64,000 nt of DNA, taken from positions 3,071-67,070 of the forward strand of contig CACEHP010000008.1 in assembly GCA_902559365.1 (NCBI GenBank). The letters are read 5' to 3'. Every line of letters begins with the position of its first letter. Position 1 is the stretch's first letter. Positions 40,724 through 51,272 of this stretch are shown piece after piece. The position numbers and the translations under genes are program-made. This stretch comes from an uncultured SAR86 cluster bacterium (GTDB taxonomy: Bacteria > Pseudomonadota > Gammaproteobacteria > Magnimaribacterales > Magnimaribacteraceae). The notes under the pieces were generated by a model. That model was not told the DNA's origin. It did not search any database and saw only the letters and a program-made list of their open reading frames with translations.

Positions 40724-43700
40724 TTAATCAATAAAATCTTTCGCGTTCTGAAATAACTTTATCCAAGGGCTATAATTTAACCAGTCTTCTGGACACCAAG
40801 AATATTGATCGTTCAAAAAAGCTCTTTCCGGATGAGGCATCATGATAGTAACTCTTCCGTTTTCATTCGTTACTCCTGCAATCCCATGAGGAGAACCATT
40901 AGGATTTAAGGGATAGGTCTCAGTATCTTCTCCAAAGCAGTCTGCATAAGAAATAGTAGTAAATTTTTTGTCTAAGTTTTTTAATGACTCATTCGAAGCC
41001 TCTACTCTGCCTTCACCATGAGCAACTGGGACTGGTATAACTGAACCCTTCATGCCTTTAAATAGTATGGAAGGTGAATCCTTTACAATAACTTGTACTA
41101 ACCTAGCTTCGAACTTCTCTGAGGTATTTCTTTTAAAGCTTGGCCAATTATCAGTTCCGGGGATCAAACCTCTCAATTGAGATAGCATCTGACAACCATT
41201 ACAGACTCCTAATGAAAAAACATTCTCATTTTGAAAGAAATCACCAAATTGATTTCTTAGCTCATCATTAAATAAAATACTATTTGCCCAACCCCCTCCT
41301 GCTCCAAGGACATCGCCATAAGAAAATCCCCCGCAAGCCACCAGACCTTGAAAGTCTTGCAGGTTATGTCTTTTGTCTATTAAGTCGGTCATATGGACAT
41401 CTATGCAATCAAACCCTACTTCATGGAAAGCTGCGGCCATCTCATTTTGACCATTAACTCCTTGCTCTCTGAAAATCGCTATCCTAGGCCTAGAACTATT
41501 CAAATCAATTTTCTCAGGTACAGAAAAGGTTATTTTAGGGCTTAATCCGGGATTCTTAATTTTAGTATCATTAATGTATTCAGCTTTTGCAGTATCCGGG
41601 TTATCTCTCAAGGATTGGATCTCATAACTTACCCTATTCCAATTTTGTAACAGGTCTTTTATAGGTAGAGAAAGTAAATTCTCTTCTTGAAAATTGATCG
41701 CTATGTCTGCTGAGTCTGATAAAGAACCTATATTGTGAACAAATTCGTCTAAACCAGTATCGCGTAAAGCTTCCTGAACGTAATCTAGATCTTCATCTAA
41801 AACTTGTATTACTACTCCTAATTCCTCGTTGAAGAGAAATTTTATTAAGGCCCCTTCATCTTTTATAGCTGAATCTAGGTTAATTTTTAAACCCAATCTT
41901 CCAGCAAATGACATTTCAGCAAGAGTTGTAATTAAACCACCATCAGAACGATCATGGTAAGCAAGTATCTTTCTGTGAGACAACAGTTTATGAATTGAAT
42001 CAACAAAAGCTGGCATCTCTTTTTCACACTCGACATCGGGTGACTTCCCACCAAGCTGATTATTTAATTGAGCTAGGATACTACCCCCCAATCTAGTATG
42101 GCCTTTTGCTAGATCTATAAAAAGTAATGAAGATTTTTCCCTTTTCTTTAATTCTGGAGTAACAGCAATAGATATATCTTGAATAGGAGCAAAACCAGAA
42201 ACAATTAATGAGAGAGGTGATACTACTAGTTTATCCTCTCCATTTTTACTCCATTCTGTAGACATAGATAGAGAGTCTTTTCCAACCGGTATCGCCATGT
42301 TCCATTCGGGACATAAATCCATTCCAACAGATTCCACGGCTTCAAATAGATCTTTATTCCCCTCTAATTTACCTGGAGAACCCATCCAGTTTGCAGATAA
42401 TTTAATATCTGAAAGACTAGATATTCCTGAAGGCAAAATATTAGTTACAACCTCAGCAACAGAAATTTTGGCTGCAGCCTTGGAGCTTATCAATGAAAGT
42501 GGAGTCCTCTCTCCCATAGCCATGGCCTCTCCAGATAGTCCAGAAAAACTTGTCTTACATAAACCGTAATCAGAAACCGGAACTTGCCAAGGCCCAACCA
42601 TTTGATCCCTTGCTATTAAACCTGTGATAGATCTATCACCTATGGTTATGAGAAATGTCTTACTGGCCACAGTGGGATGTCTCAAGACTTCATATACAAC
42701 CTCATTAGATACTTCATCGGGCAATTTAAGTGGTTGAGACCTTTCGGATTTATTTTCAAAAGATATGTGTGTTTTCGGCGGCTTGCCAAAAAGAACTTCT
42801 AAAGAAAGGCTAATAGGATAATTATCAAAATAAGAATCATATACTTCCAGATGATTTCCTTTAGTTATTTCACCAACAACTGAGTATGGACATCTTTCAC
42901 GTTCACAGAAATTTGAAAACTTCTCAAGATTTTCTTCTGAAATAGCCAAAACATACCTTTCTTGAGACTCATTGCACCATATTTCCATTGGAGTCATTCC
43001 CGGTTCAGAGTTAGGTATATCCCTCAAATTTATTAAACCTCCATGTCCACTATCTTTTACAAGTTCGGGAATAGCATTTGATAAACCGCCTGCACCTACA
43101 TCATGAATAAATAAAATTGGATTATTTTTATCCTGCCAGCATCTATCTAAAACCTCTTGGCATCTACGCTCCATTTCTGGGTTTTCTCTTTGAACGGAAG
43201 CATAATCTAAATCCGAATCTCCCTCGCCGGAAGAGAGAGAAGAAGCCGAACCTCCGCCCAATCCTATTAGCATTGCAGGACCGCCTAAAACTACTAGTTT
43301 TGAGCCAATGGGTACTTCTTTCTTCAATGCATGTTCGGTTTTAATATTTCCTAGACCTCCAGCCAACATTATTGGTTTGTGATAACCAAAGTGATTGACT
43401 GAGTTTTTTGATTCAAAAGATCTAAAATATCCTAAGATGTTGGGTCTCCCGAATTCGTTATTAAAAGAAGCAGCTCCAATAGGTGCATCTAACATTATCT
43501 CTAATGGAGAAGCTATCCGATCTGGTTTATCCTCTTTAAATTCCCATCTTTCTTTTAAATTTGGAATACGCAGATTAGATACTGAAAAACCTGCTAATCC
43601 CGCTTTTGGTTTTGCTCCAATTCCAGTTGCTCCCTCGTCTCTGATTTCACCTCCTGAACCTGTAGAAGCTCCAGAGAAAGGTGAAATTGCTGTTGGGTGA

Positions 43701-44605
43701 TTATGGGTTTCTACCTTTATTACAAGATTAATCTCTTCTTCAGAGAGGATGTATTTACCATCTCTAGGAAAAAATCTTTTTCCCATGTGACCCTTAAGTA
43801 TTGCTGCATTATCTTCATATGCAGAAATAACACCGTCTGGAAAATTCTTGTGCGTATTTCGGATCATATCAAATAAGCTCTTAGAATTTGGTTCTCCATC
43901 AATAGTCCAATCTGCATTGAAGATTTTATGTCTACAATGTTCTGAATTAGCTTGGGCGAACATCATCAGTTCAGCATCCGTAGGGTCTTTATTTGTTTTT
44001 GCATAGCTCTCATACAAATAAGCAATTTCTTCTTGATTTAGAGCAAGGCCCAATTCTGTATTGGCTTTCTGCAAGGCATTTATTTTTGTGGAGGTTATAT
44101 CAATACTTTGTACCAAGCCTGGTTCAAGATTGGAAAAGAGTTGAGGTATTTCTTCAAGGTTGAGAATAATATTCTGAGTCATCCTGTCTGACAAAATATT
44201 ACCCATTCTAAGTAACTCTGTAGCCTGAATTTTCTTTGTAAAAGAATAATACAATCCCCGCTCTACTCTCTCTACGAAATCTATACCGCAATTTCTAATT
44301 ATTTCTGTAGCTTTAGATGACCATGGAGAAATGGTTCCTATCCTAGGAGTTAACAGAAAGAAGCTTTTGTCCTTAATGTCCTGAGCATCACTTCCAACAA
44401 GCAAATCAGACAATTGTTTATAATCTTCTTCAGAGACATGTGACGAATCTTTTCGTAATTTAAGAAAATAAATTTCTCTAGCATTTACAACGCTAGATTT
44501 ATCTAAAGATAAAGATTCTCTTATTCTGTTTAATCTAAATTCAGAGGAAGTTTCAGAGCCTAGTATGGCAACGATATTTTGCGAAACTTCTATTTTTGAG
44601 TTCAT
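40724..44605 (-). CDS. purL: Phosphoribosylformylglycinamidine synthase (large type)
   Basis: QANSEHCRHKIF, ETHNHPT, HDVGAGG, GVCNGCQ, MMPHPER; ATG at 44605 chosen as the likely start. Confidence 0.97.
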   Translation of the reverse strand: MNSKIEVSQNIVAILGSETSSEFRLNRIRESLSLDKSSVVNAREIYFLKLRKDSSHVSEEDYKQLSDLLVGSDAQDIKDKSFFLLTPRIGTISPWSSKATEIIRNCGIDFVERVERGLYYSFTKKIQATELLRMGNILSDRMTQNIILNLEEIPQLFSNLEPGLVQSIDITSTKINALQKANTELGLALNQEEIAYLYESYAKTNKDPTDAELMMFAQANSEHCRHKIFNADWTIDGEPNSKSLFDMIRNTHKNFPDGVISAYEDNAAILKGHMGKRFFPRDGKYILSEEEINLVIKVETHNHPTAISPFSGASTGSGGEIRDEGATGIGAKPKAGLAGFSVSNLRIPNLKERWEFKEDKPDRIASPLEIMLDAPIGAASFNNEFGRPNILGYFRSFESKNSVNHFGYHKPIMLAGGLGNIKTEHALKKEVPIGSKLVVLGGPAMLIGLGGGSASSLSSGEGDSDLDYASVQRENPEMERRCQEVLDRCWQDKNNPILFIHDVGAGGLSNAIPELVKDSGHGGLINLRDIPNSEPGMTPMEIWCNESQERYVLAISEENLEKFSNFCERERCPYSVVGEITKGNHLEVYDSYFDNYPISLSLEVLFGKPPKTHISFENKSERSQPLKLPDEVSNEVVYEVLRHPTVASKTFLITIGDRSITGLIARDQMVGPWQVPVSDYGLCKTSFSGLSGEAMAMGERTPLSLISSKAAAKISVAEVVTNILPSGISSLSDIKLSANWMGSPGKLEGNKDLFEAVESVGMDLCPEWNMAIPVGKDSLSMSTEWSKNGEDKLVVSPLSLIVSGFAPIQDISIAVTPELKKREKSSLLFIDLAKGHTRLGGSILAQLNNQLGGKSPDVECEKEMPAFVDSIHKLLSHRKILAYHDRSDGGLITTLAEMSFAGRLGLKINLDSAIKDEGALIKFLFNEELGVVIQVLDEDLDYVQEALRDTGLDEFVHNIGSLSDSADIAINFQEENLLSLPIKDLLQNWNRVSYEIQSLRDNPDTAKAEYINDTKIKNPGLSPKITFSVPEKIDLNSSRPRIAIFREQGVNGQNEMAAAFHEVGFDCIDVHMTDLIDKRHNLQDFQGLVACGGFSYGDVLGAGGGWANSILFNDELRNQFGDFFQNENVFSLGVCNGCQMLSQLRGLIPGTDNWPSFKRNTSEKFEARLVQVIVKDSPSILFKGMKGSVIPVPVAHGEGRVEASNESLKNLDKKFTTISYADCFGEDTETYPLNPNGSPHGIAGVTNENGRVTIMMPHPERAFLNDQYSWCPEDWLNYSPWIKLFQNAKDFID

Positions 44606-44646
44606 TAAAGTTGCTTGACATTGTAATAAAAGCAAAAGTTAAGTAA

Positions 44647-44694
44647 ATAGCTTATCTTGTGGTTTTCCTCATAAAAAGCCACTATATGTTGTGT
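44647..44694. promoter_or_regulatory. Candidate tandem NrdR boxes
   Basis: CCACTATATGTTGTGT (44679-44694) resembles acaCwAtATaTwGtgt; a weaker ATAGCTTATCTTGTGG lies 32 bp upstream. Confidence 0.5.
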
Positions 44695-44768
44695 ATTTAT
44701 CAATTATTAGACCTAGGTGATGGAAAAATCATATTTTTCACATAGAATGCGAAAAAATTGGGGGAATC

Positions 44769-45503
44769 ATGTTTAGCTATCTAAAATTTAGATATTCTTT
44801 TATATTTTTTCTGAGTGTATTAACAGTTCTAAGCTTAGAAGCTCCAGTACTTAAATCTTACTCTGATCAAGAGAAAACTTTCTTCATGGAGGAACTCGAA
44901 TTTTACTGGCAAGAAGATAAACCGGGTTTAACTACTTTTTTAGAAAGAACAAATACCAGACTACCAAAATACAAATTGCTTTTTGAAGAGGCCGCAGAAG
45001 GTATTGATGTTCATTGGAGTCTTATTGCTGCAATAAGTTATCAGGAATCACATTGGAACCCAAAAGCAATTTCTGATACTGGAGTAAGAGGAATGATGAT
45101 GCTTACACAAAAGACTGCAAAAGAAATGGGAATTAATAGAAGAACTAATCCTGAAGATAGTATATTTGGAGGTGCAAACTATTTCCAAAAAACGATGAAC
45201 AGGCTTCCAAGCGAAATGTCCAAATTAGATAAAATTTGGATGTCTTTAGCTGCGTACAATCTTGGTTATAGAAATCTAGAACTGGCTAGAGGCCTTGCCA
45301 AATCTAAAAACCTTGATCCTAATGATTGGTCAGAGGTTTCTTTAGTTTTAGAAGATATTTTAAAAGACCGTTATGGTAGAGAATCTGAAGAATTTGTTAA
45401 ACATGATCAAGTAATGAAATATGTTAAAAATATTGGCCTTTACTATAAAACTCTGTCTATCCTATACAAAGAGGAGGAGTTACTGGTTTTAGCTAATGAG
45501 TAA
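44769..45503 (+). CDS. mltF: MltF-like lytic transglycosylase (SLT domain only)
   Basis: [29 protein letters not shown]; divergent from purL. Confidence 0.8.
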   Translation: MFSYLKFRYSFIFFLSVLTVLSLEAPVLKSYSDQEKTFFMEELEFYWQEDKPGLTTFLERTNTRLPKYKLLFEEAAEGIDVHWSLIAAISYQESHWNPKAISDTGVRGMMMLTQKTAKEMGINRRTNPEDSIFGGANYFQKTMNRLPSEMSKLDKIWMSLAAYNLGYRNLELARGLAKSKNLDPNDWSEVSLVLEDILKDRYGRESEEFVKHDQVMKYVKNIGLYYKTLSILYKEEELLVLANE

Positions 45504-47507
45504 TTTCTGCTTTAGTTCTTCCACTCTATCTCTGTAGCTTGCTGCCTCCTCAAACTCAAGATTTTTAGCATATTTATACATTTGGTCTTCGAGTCTGATA
45601 ATTTCTTTTTTAACTTTTTCAGGATCATCAAAACTTTCAATTGGATCAAATTCTATATCTCGTAAATTATCTAGCTTCCTTCTTGACTTAGACTTACCCT
45701 TAACAGATCTAGCGCCTTCCATAATATCTCCAATGCCTTTTTTGATACCTTTAGGCTTTATGGAGTGTTTAATGTTAAAGGCCTCTTGTATGTCTCTTCT
45801 TCTATCAGTCTCTTCAATAGCTCTTTCCATAGATCCGGTTATCTTATCTGCATAAAGAATGGCCTTTCCTTCTATATGTCTTGCAGCACGTCCTATAGTT
45901 TGAATAAGGGAGCTTTCAGATCTCAGAAAGCCCTCTTTATCTGCATCAAGAATTGCCACTAAAGCAACCTCAGGAATATCTAATCCCTCTCTCAAAAGAT
46001 TGATACCAACCAACACATCAAATGCTCCAAGTCTCAAATCTCTTATGATTTCTACCCTCTCTACTGTATCAATATCAGAATGAAGATATCGAACCTTTGT
46101 TCCATTTTCGTCTAAATATTCTGTTAAATCCTCTGCCATTCTTTTAGTCAGGACAGTTACAAGAACTCGATCTCCTTTTCCTACAATCTGATTAATTTCT
46201 TCTTGAAGATCGTCTACTTGGTGGGTAGCAGGCCTAATTTCTACTTGTGGATCAGTGAGTCCGGTTGGTCTGGCAACAAGCTCAGTAATACTCCCCGAAT
46301 TTTCTATTTCATATTTTGAGGGGGTTGCAGAAAGAAATATTCTTTGACCTGAAAGTTTCTCCCATTCATCAAATCTAAGAGGACGATTATCTAAAGCAAC
46401 AGGTAATCTGAAACCATAATCAACTAAAGTTTGCTTTCTTGATCTGTCACCTCTGTACATTCCACCTAACTGAGGCAAGGATACGTGAGACTCGTCAATG
46501 AAGACTAAGGCATCTTGTGGTAAATATTCATACAGTGTTGGTGGTGGCTCTCCAGGCTGTCTATCTGATAAAAATCTAGAATAATTTTCTATTCCTGAAC
46601 AAAATCCTAGCTCTTTGAGCATCTCGATATCATATTTTGTTCTCTCTTCAAGTCTTTGAGCTTCAACCAACTTATTTTCTTTCCTTAAATAGTCTAAGCG
46701 ATGTTTAAGCTCTTCTTTTATAAACTCTATCGCTTGAAGAACTTTATCTCTTGATGTGACGTAATGAGATTTAGGATAGATAGTTATTCTAGGAACTTCC
46801 CTAAATATTTCTCCAGTTAAAGGATCAAAAATTTTTAATGCTTCTATTTCATTTCCAAAAAGCTCTATTCGAAGAGCTTCTTTCTCAGAATCAGCAGGAA
46901 AGACATCTATAACATCCCCTCTTACTCTATACATGGATCTTTTAAATTCAACTTCATTTCTTTGGTATTGCAGTTCTGCAAGTCTTCGTAAAAGAGTTCT
47001 TTGATCTACTTCATCTCCCCTATCTAAATGAAGGACCATTTGCAAATATGATTGAGGATCACCCAAACCATAAATAGCAGACACAGAAGCTACAATAACC
47101 ACATCTCTCCTTTCCATTATGGCCTTTGTGGCAGAGAGTCTCATTTGTTCTATGTGTTCATTTATTGAAGCATCTTTTTCTATGTAGATATCCGTTGTAG
47201 GTACATAAGCCTCGGGTTGATAGTAGTCATAATAAGAAACAAAATACTCAACAGCATTATTAGGAAAATACTCTTTGAACTCTCCATACAACTGTGCAGC
47301 TAAGGTCTTATTGTGTGCCATAACGATTGCTGGTCTTTGAACTTCTTGAATTACATTCGCCATCGTGAATGTCTTCCCTGATCCTGTAACACCAAGAAGT
47401 GTTTGATTGAGTAACCCATCATTCAAACCTTTTACTATTTCATTTATAGCCTTTGGTTGATCACCAGCTGGTTTATAGTTTGATACTAAATCGAATTTCT
47501 TTGACAT
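45489..47507 (-). CDS. uvrB: Excinuclease ABC subunit B
   Basis: [23 protein letters not shown]-terminal UVR domain. Confidence 0.98.
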   Translation of the reverse strand: MSKKFDLVSNYKPAGDQPKAINEIVKGLNDGLLNQTLLGVTGSGKTFTMANVIQEVQRPAIVMAHNKTLAAQLYGEFKEYFPNNAVEYFVSYYDYYQPEAYVPTTDIYIEKDASINEHIEQMRLSATKAIMERRDVVIVASVSAIYGLGDPQSYLQMVLHLDRGDEVDQRTLLRRLAELQYQRNEVEFKRSMYRVRGDVIDVFPADSEKEALRIELFGNEIEALKIFDPLTGEIFREVPRITIYPKSHYVTSRDKVLQAIEFIKEELKHRLDYLRKENKLVEAQRLEERTKYDIEMLKELGFCSGIENYSRFLSDRQPGEPPPTLYEYLPQDALVFIDESHVSLPQLGGMYRGDRSRKQTLVDYGFRLPVALDNRPLRFDEWEKLSGQRIFLSATPSKYEIENSGSITELVARPTGLTDPQVEIRPATHQVDDLQEEINQIVGKGDRVLVTVLTKRMAEDLTEYLDENGTKVRYLHSDIDTVERVEIIRDLRLGAFDVLVGINLLREGLDIPEVALVAILDADKEGFLRSESSLIQTIGRAARHIEGKAILYADKITGSMERAIEETDRRRDIQEAFNIKHSIKPKGIKKGIGDIMEGARSVKGKSKSRRKLDNLRDIEFDPIESFDDPEKVKKEIIRLEDQMYKYAKNLEFEEAASYRDRVEELKQKLLIS

Positions 47508-47560
47508 ATTTTTACAAAAAATATTATACGCTGAGATTGTAAGCGTTATAATTACTATAT

Positions 47561-47636
47561 TCCCCGATAGCTCAGTTGGTAGAGCAAATGACTGTTAATC
47601 ATTGGGTCGCTGGTTCGAGCCCAGCTCGGGGAGCCA
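47561..47636 (+). tRNA. tRNA-Asn(GTT)
   Basis: TCCCCGA/TCGGGGA acceptor, AATGA-CTGTTAA-TCATT anticodon arm, encoded CCA. Confidence 0.96.
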
Positions 47637-47642
47637 TACATC

Positions 47643-47671
47643 AGGCCCACTGAAAAAGTGGGCCTTTTTTT
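47643..47671 (+). terminator. Intrinsic terminator after tRNA-Asn
   Basis: AGGCCCACT-gaaaa-AGTGGGCCT followed by a T run. Confidence 0.85.
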
Positions 47672-47694
47672 ATTGTGATAGTATTAACTGATAT

Positions 47695-48423
47695 ATGCCA
47701 GCAAAATTATTCAATCCTAAGTCAGAAGAACCTTTTGTATTCAGCCGGTCAAGAATAGATAATTTCTTGGAATGCAAAAGATGTTTTTATCTAACAAATA
47801 AAATTGGTATTGCTAGACCGCCTTCGTTTCCTTTTAACCTAAATAATGCTGTTGATGAACTTTTAAAAAATGAATTTGATACCTACAGGGAGAAACAGGA
47901 ACCTCACCCTATTATGGTTGAAAATAGAATCAAGGCTCTTCCTTATCAGCACCCAGATCTTGAAGAATGGCGAGAGTCATTGAGACATGGAATTAAGCGA
48001 TTTCACAAAGAAACTAATCTGATCTTAAGGGGTGGTTTAGATGACTTATGGATCAATACAGAAACAAATCAACTAATAGTTGTAGATTACAAAGCAACCT
48101 CCAAAAAAGGAGAAGTCAGTATCGATGCTGACTGGCAAATAGGTTACAAAAGGCAAATAGAATTTTATCAATGGTTGCTCAGAGGCAATTCATTTGACGT
48201 ATCAGACGTCGGATATTTTGTTTATTGCAATGGTATTTCTGAGAAAGATGAATTCAATAATGTGCTTGAATTTAAAACGAAACTCATACCCTACAAAGGC
48301 AATGATTCATGGGTTGAACCAACACTATATGATTTAAAAGAGACTCTTATGAAAGACGAAGTTCCTGATGCAGACTCCAAGTGTAGTTATTGTTCATATG
48401 TTAAAAAAACTTTGATGGTTTAG
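47695..48423 (+). CDS. PD-(D/E)XK nuclease (AddB/Cas4-like)
   Basis: SRSRI..F.EC.RC, GGLDD, VVDYKAT, QIEFY, C-terminal CSYC. Confidence 0.85.
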   Translation: MPAKLFNPKSEEPFVFSRSRIDNFLECKRCFYLTNKIGIARPPSFPFNLNNAVDELLKNEFDTYREKQEPHPIMVENRIKALPYQHPDLEEWRESLRHGIKRFHKETNLILRGGLDDLWINTETNQLIVVDYKATSKKGEVSIDADWQIGYKRQIEFYQWLLRGNSFDVSDVGYFVYCNGISEKDEFNNVLEFKTKLIPYKGNDSWVEPTLYDLKETLMKDEVPDADSKCSYCSYVKKTLMV

Positions 48424-48424
48424 A

Positions 48425-49795
48425 TTAAGCTTTTTTCCAGGTGGTTCCGGATTCTTTGTCTTCAAGAATTATGCCCTTCTCCAAAAGCTCATCTCTTATC
48501 TTGTCTGATAGTTCAAAATCTTTTTCTTTTCTTGCTTGGTTTCTCTTCAAAATATAACCTTCAATTTCTTCGTCACTGATACCAATTCCTTCTGTAAAGT
48601 AATTTTTAGCTTTGTCTTGAAGTAGTCCCAAAATACTAGAGAGACTAACCAGTTCTTTAGCCAACAAAGATGCTTCTTCAAATTTATTTTTTTTCTTGAG
48701 GGTATTAATTTGTCTAGCAATTTCGAATAAAACTGATATAGCTGAGGGTGTATTAAAGTCATCTCCCATAGCTTTATGGAATTTATCAGAATATTTTGTT
48801 TGAAAATATTCTTTTGTTTCATAATCAAGATCTTGCAGAGAATTATAAAGCCTATCCAAAGAATTCTTTGCTTCATTCAATCCAACTTCCGAATAATTTA
48901 GAGGGCTCCTGTAATGACTAGAAATCAAAAAGAGACGCAAGACCTCCGGTGAATTAATCTCTAGAGCGTCTTTTATTGTTACAAAATTCTTAAGAGATTT
49001 AGACATTTTCTCTTTATCAATCCTTAGAGATCCCGTATGCATCCATACTTTGGCAAACTCTTTACCAGTTACACATTCAGACTGAGCAATCTCATTTTCG
49101 TGATGAGGAAACTTAAGATCAGACCCTCCTCCATGAATATCAAAAGTTTCACCCAATGCATCCATGCTCATTGCTGAGCATTCAATGTGCCAACCTGGTC
49201 TACCAGCACCCCAAGGCGAGTCCCACTTCAGTCCCTCAGTATTTTTTTTCCAAAGAACAAAATCAGCAGGATTTTTCTTATCCGTATCAACATCAACTCT
49301 TGCTCCCGCCAACATATCTTCTAAGTTTCTTCTCGATAATTTCCCATAAGAATCAAAAGACTCAGCTGAAAAATAAACATCTGAATCACCTTCATAAGCG
49401 TGTCCTTTCTCTATGAGGATTTCGATTAGAGAAATAATGGAGTCGATATTATCAGTTGCCCTTGGCTCTGAATCAGGTTCAATCATGCCCAATGACATAA
49501 AATCCTCATTCATTGAATCTATATATTTTTCTGTTAATTCTTTTGGAGAAATATTAAGTTCTTCTGCTCTCGCTATAATTTTGTCATCTACATCAGTTAT
49601 ATTCCTTATGTAGTGCACTTCGTAGTTAATACTTCTTAAATATCTGACAATAAGGTCAAACGATATAAAGGTTCTTGCATGACCAATATGAGTATCGTCA
49701 TAAACTGTCATCCCACAAACATATATCTTGATCTTATTTTCTTCTATAGGTACAAGATTTTCTTTCTTACCAGATAACGTATTAAAAACTTTCAC
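48425..49795 (-). CDS. cysS: Cysteine--tRNA ligase
   Basis: CGMTVYD, HIGH, GRPGWHIECSAM, KMSKS. Confidence 0.98.
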   Translation of the reverse strand: MKVFNTLSGKKENLVPIEENKIKIYVCGMTVYDDTHIGHARTFISFDLIVRYLRSINYEVHYIRNITDVDDKIIARAEELNISPKELTEKYIDSMNEDFMSLGMIEPDSEPRATDNIDSIISLIEILIEKGHAYEGDSDVYFSAESFDSYGKLSRRNLEDMLAGARVDVDTDKKNPADFVLWKKNTEGLKWDSPWGAGRPGWHIECSAMSMDALGETFDIHGGGSDLKFPHHENEIAQSECVTGKEFAKVWMHTGSLRIDKEKMSKSLKNFVTIKDALEINSPEVLRLFLISSHYRSPLNYSEVGLNEAKNSLDRLYNSLQDLDYETKEYFQTKYSDKFHKAMGDDFNTPSAISVLFEIARQINTLKKKNKFEEASLLAKELVSLSSILGLLQDKAKNYFTEGIGISDEEIEGYILKRNQARKEKDFELSDKIRDELLEKGIILEDKESGTTWKKA

Positions 49796-51198
49796 AGCTC
49801 AGACGCCTCTTTTAATTTTTTTAGAACGTGCTCTGTACCAATCAAATTAACAACTCTATCCAGTTCTGGGCCTTTATTTTGGCCGGTAATTGCGCATCTT
49901 AAAGGCATGAATAGTTCTTTTCCTTTCTTGCCAGTTATAGAACCAATATTTTTAGTTGTTTCACTCCAGTCTAGAATTTCAGATGGTATAGCATCACATG
50001 CTTGAAGGTAGAACTCCTTTCCAGCGGACCTAATGATATTGATAATTTCCTCTCTTTGCGCCAATGGAGTTAAGAATAAGTTATTTAAATACTCTTGAGC
50101 CTCATGGGGAAAATTAATGTTATCTTTAATTAGAGCAACAAAGTTTTCGTTATTAACTGAAGCAGGCAACCCTTCGAGGGAATCTTTCAGCCAAATACTA
50201 CATTCATTGATATTCAATTCTTCAACCGCTTTCTTTTGCCAATAGAGGAGTTGATCCATATCGAATTTACTTGGTGAACTGGAAATATTATCTATTTTGA
50301 ATTCATTTGCTAACTCACTATGAGTCTTTAGATCATTATCAACTATGGTATGGCCAACTCTAGAAAGATAATTACTAACAGCAATAGGCAGATATCCTTG
50401 CTCTCTTAAATCATTAATTGAAATACTGCCGTTCCTTTTTGATAAAGGAGCTCCATCAGAACCCGTAAATAGTGAAACATGAGCATATCTTGGCAGTGAG
50501 AGACCTAGTGCTTCAAGAAGTGCTATTTGTCTGGGTGTGTTACTAAGATGATCGTCTCCTCTCAGTACAAGATCAACCCCCATTAAAGAATCATCAATTG
50601 CATTCGCAAACATGAAAGTGGGTGTACTATCTTTTTTTCTTACAATAAAATCATCGAGATCGTCAGTAGAAAAAGACTGCTCTCCCTTAACTAAATCTTT
50701 GAACTCGATTGTGCTATCTTTGGGGATCCTAAATCTATATACCGGTTTATTTCCTTTATCCAGTTCATCTTTTACTTCTTTTTCAGTAGCATCAGACCAA
50801 ACTCCCGTATAGCGAGGCGGCTGCCCAGAAGCAATTTGATTTCGTCTAATAATTTTTAATTCCTCTTCGCTAGTGAAGCAAGGGTATATAAGGTTTTTTT
50901 CTAAAAGAGCCTTGTAAAACTCTTCATATAAATCGATTCTCTCAGATTGATAATACGAATCTTCTTTACCTCCTACTTCTGGACCTTCATCCCAATCTAG
51001 GCCCATCCATTTCAAGTCATTACAAATTGCTGTAGAAAACTCCTTTTTAGACCTTTCTAAGTCTGTATCTTCAATTCTTAGGAGGAAAGATCCATTATCC
51101 TTCTTTGCTATAAGCGAACTAAAAAGAGATGTACGTAGATTTCCAAGATGCAAAAGACCTGTTGGGCTTGGACAAAATCTAGTTTTATTTACCTTCAT
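49792..51198 (-). CDS. gltX: Glutamate--tRNA ligase
   Basis: TRFCPSPTG, HLGN, LRIEDTD, PLSKR; ATG at 51198 preceded by AAGGA. Confidence 0.93.
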   Translation of the reverse strand: MKVNKTRFCPSPTGLLHLGNLRTSLFSSLIAKKDNGSFLLRIEDTDLERSKKEFSTAICNDLKWMGLDWDEGPEVGGKEDSYYQSERIDLYEEFYKALLEKNLIYPCFTSEEELKIIRRNQIASGQPPRYTGVWSDATEKEVKDELDKGNKPVYRFRIPKDSTIEFKDLVKGEQSFSTDDLDDFIVRKKDSTPTFMFANAIDDSLMGVDLVLRGDDHLSNTPRQIALLEALGLSLPRYAHVSLFTGSDGAPLSKRNGSISINDLREQGYLPIAVSNYLSRVGHTIVDNDLKTHSELANEFKIDNISSSPSKFDMDQLLYWQKKAVEELNINECSIWLKDSLEGLPASVNNENFVALIKDNINFPHEAQEYLNNLFLTPLAQREEIINIIRSAGKEFYLQACDAIPSEILDWSETTKNIGSITGKKGKELFMPLRCAITGQNKGPELDRVVNLIGTEHVLKKLKEASEL

Positions 51199-51272
51199 GT
51201 CCTTAATATATTGGAAGCTTAACCATAAAGTTCGTATTATAGCCTCCTCACGCATATGAATTTAAAAGAAAT

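Noticed and set aside
47695-48423. CRISPR-Cas locus suggested by the Cas4-like nuclease
   Set aside because: No repeat-spacer array or other cas genes in the window
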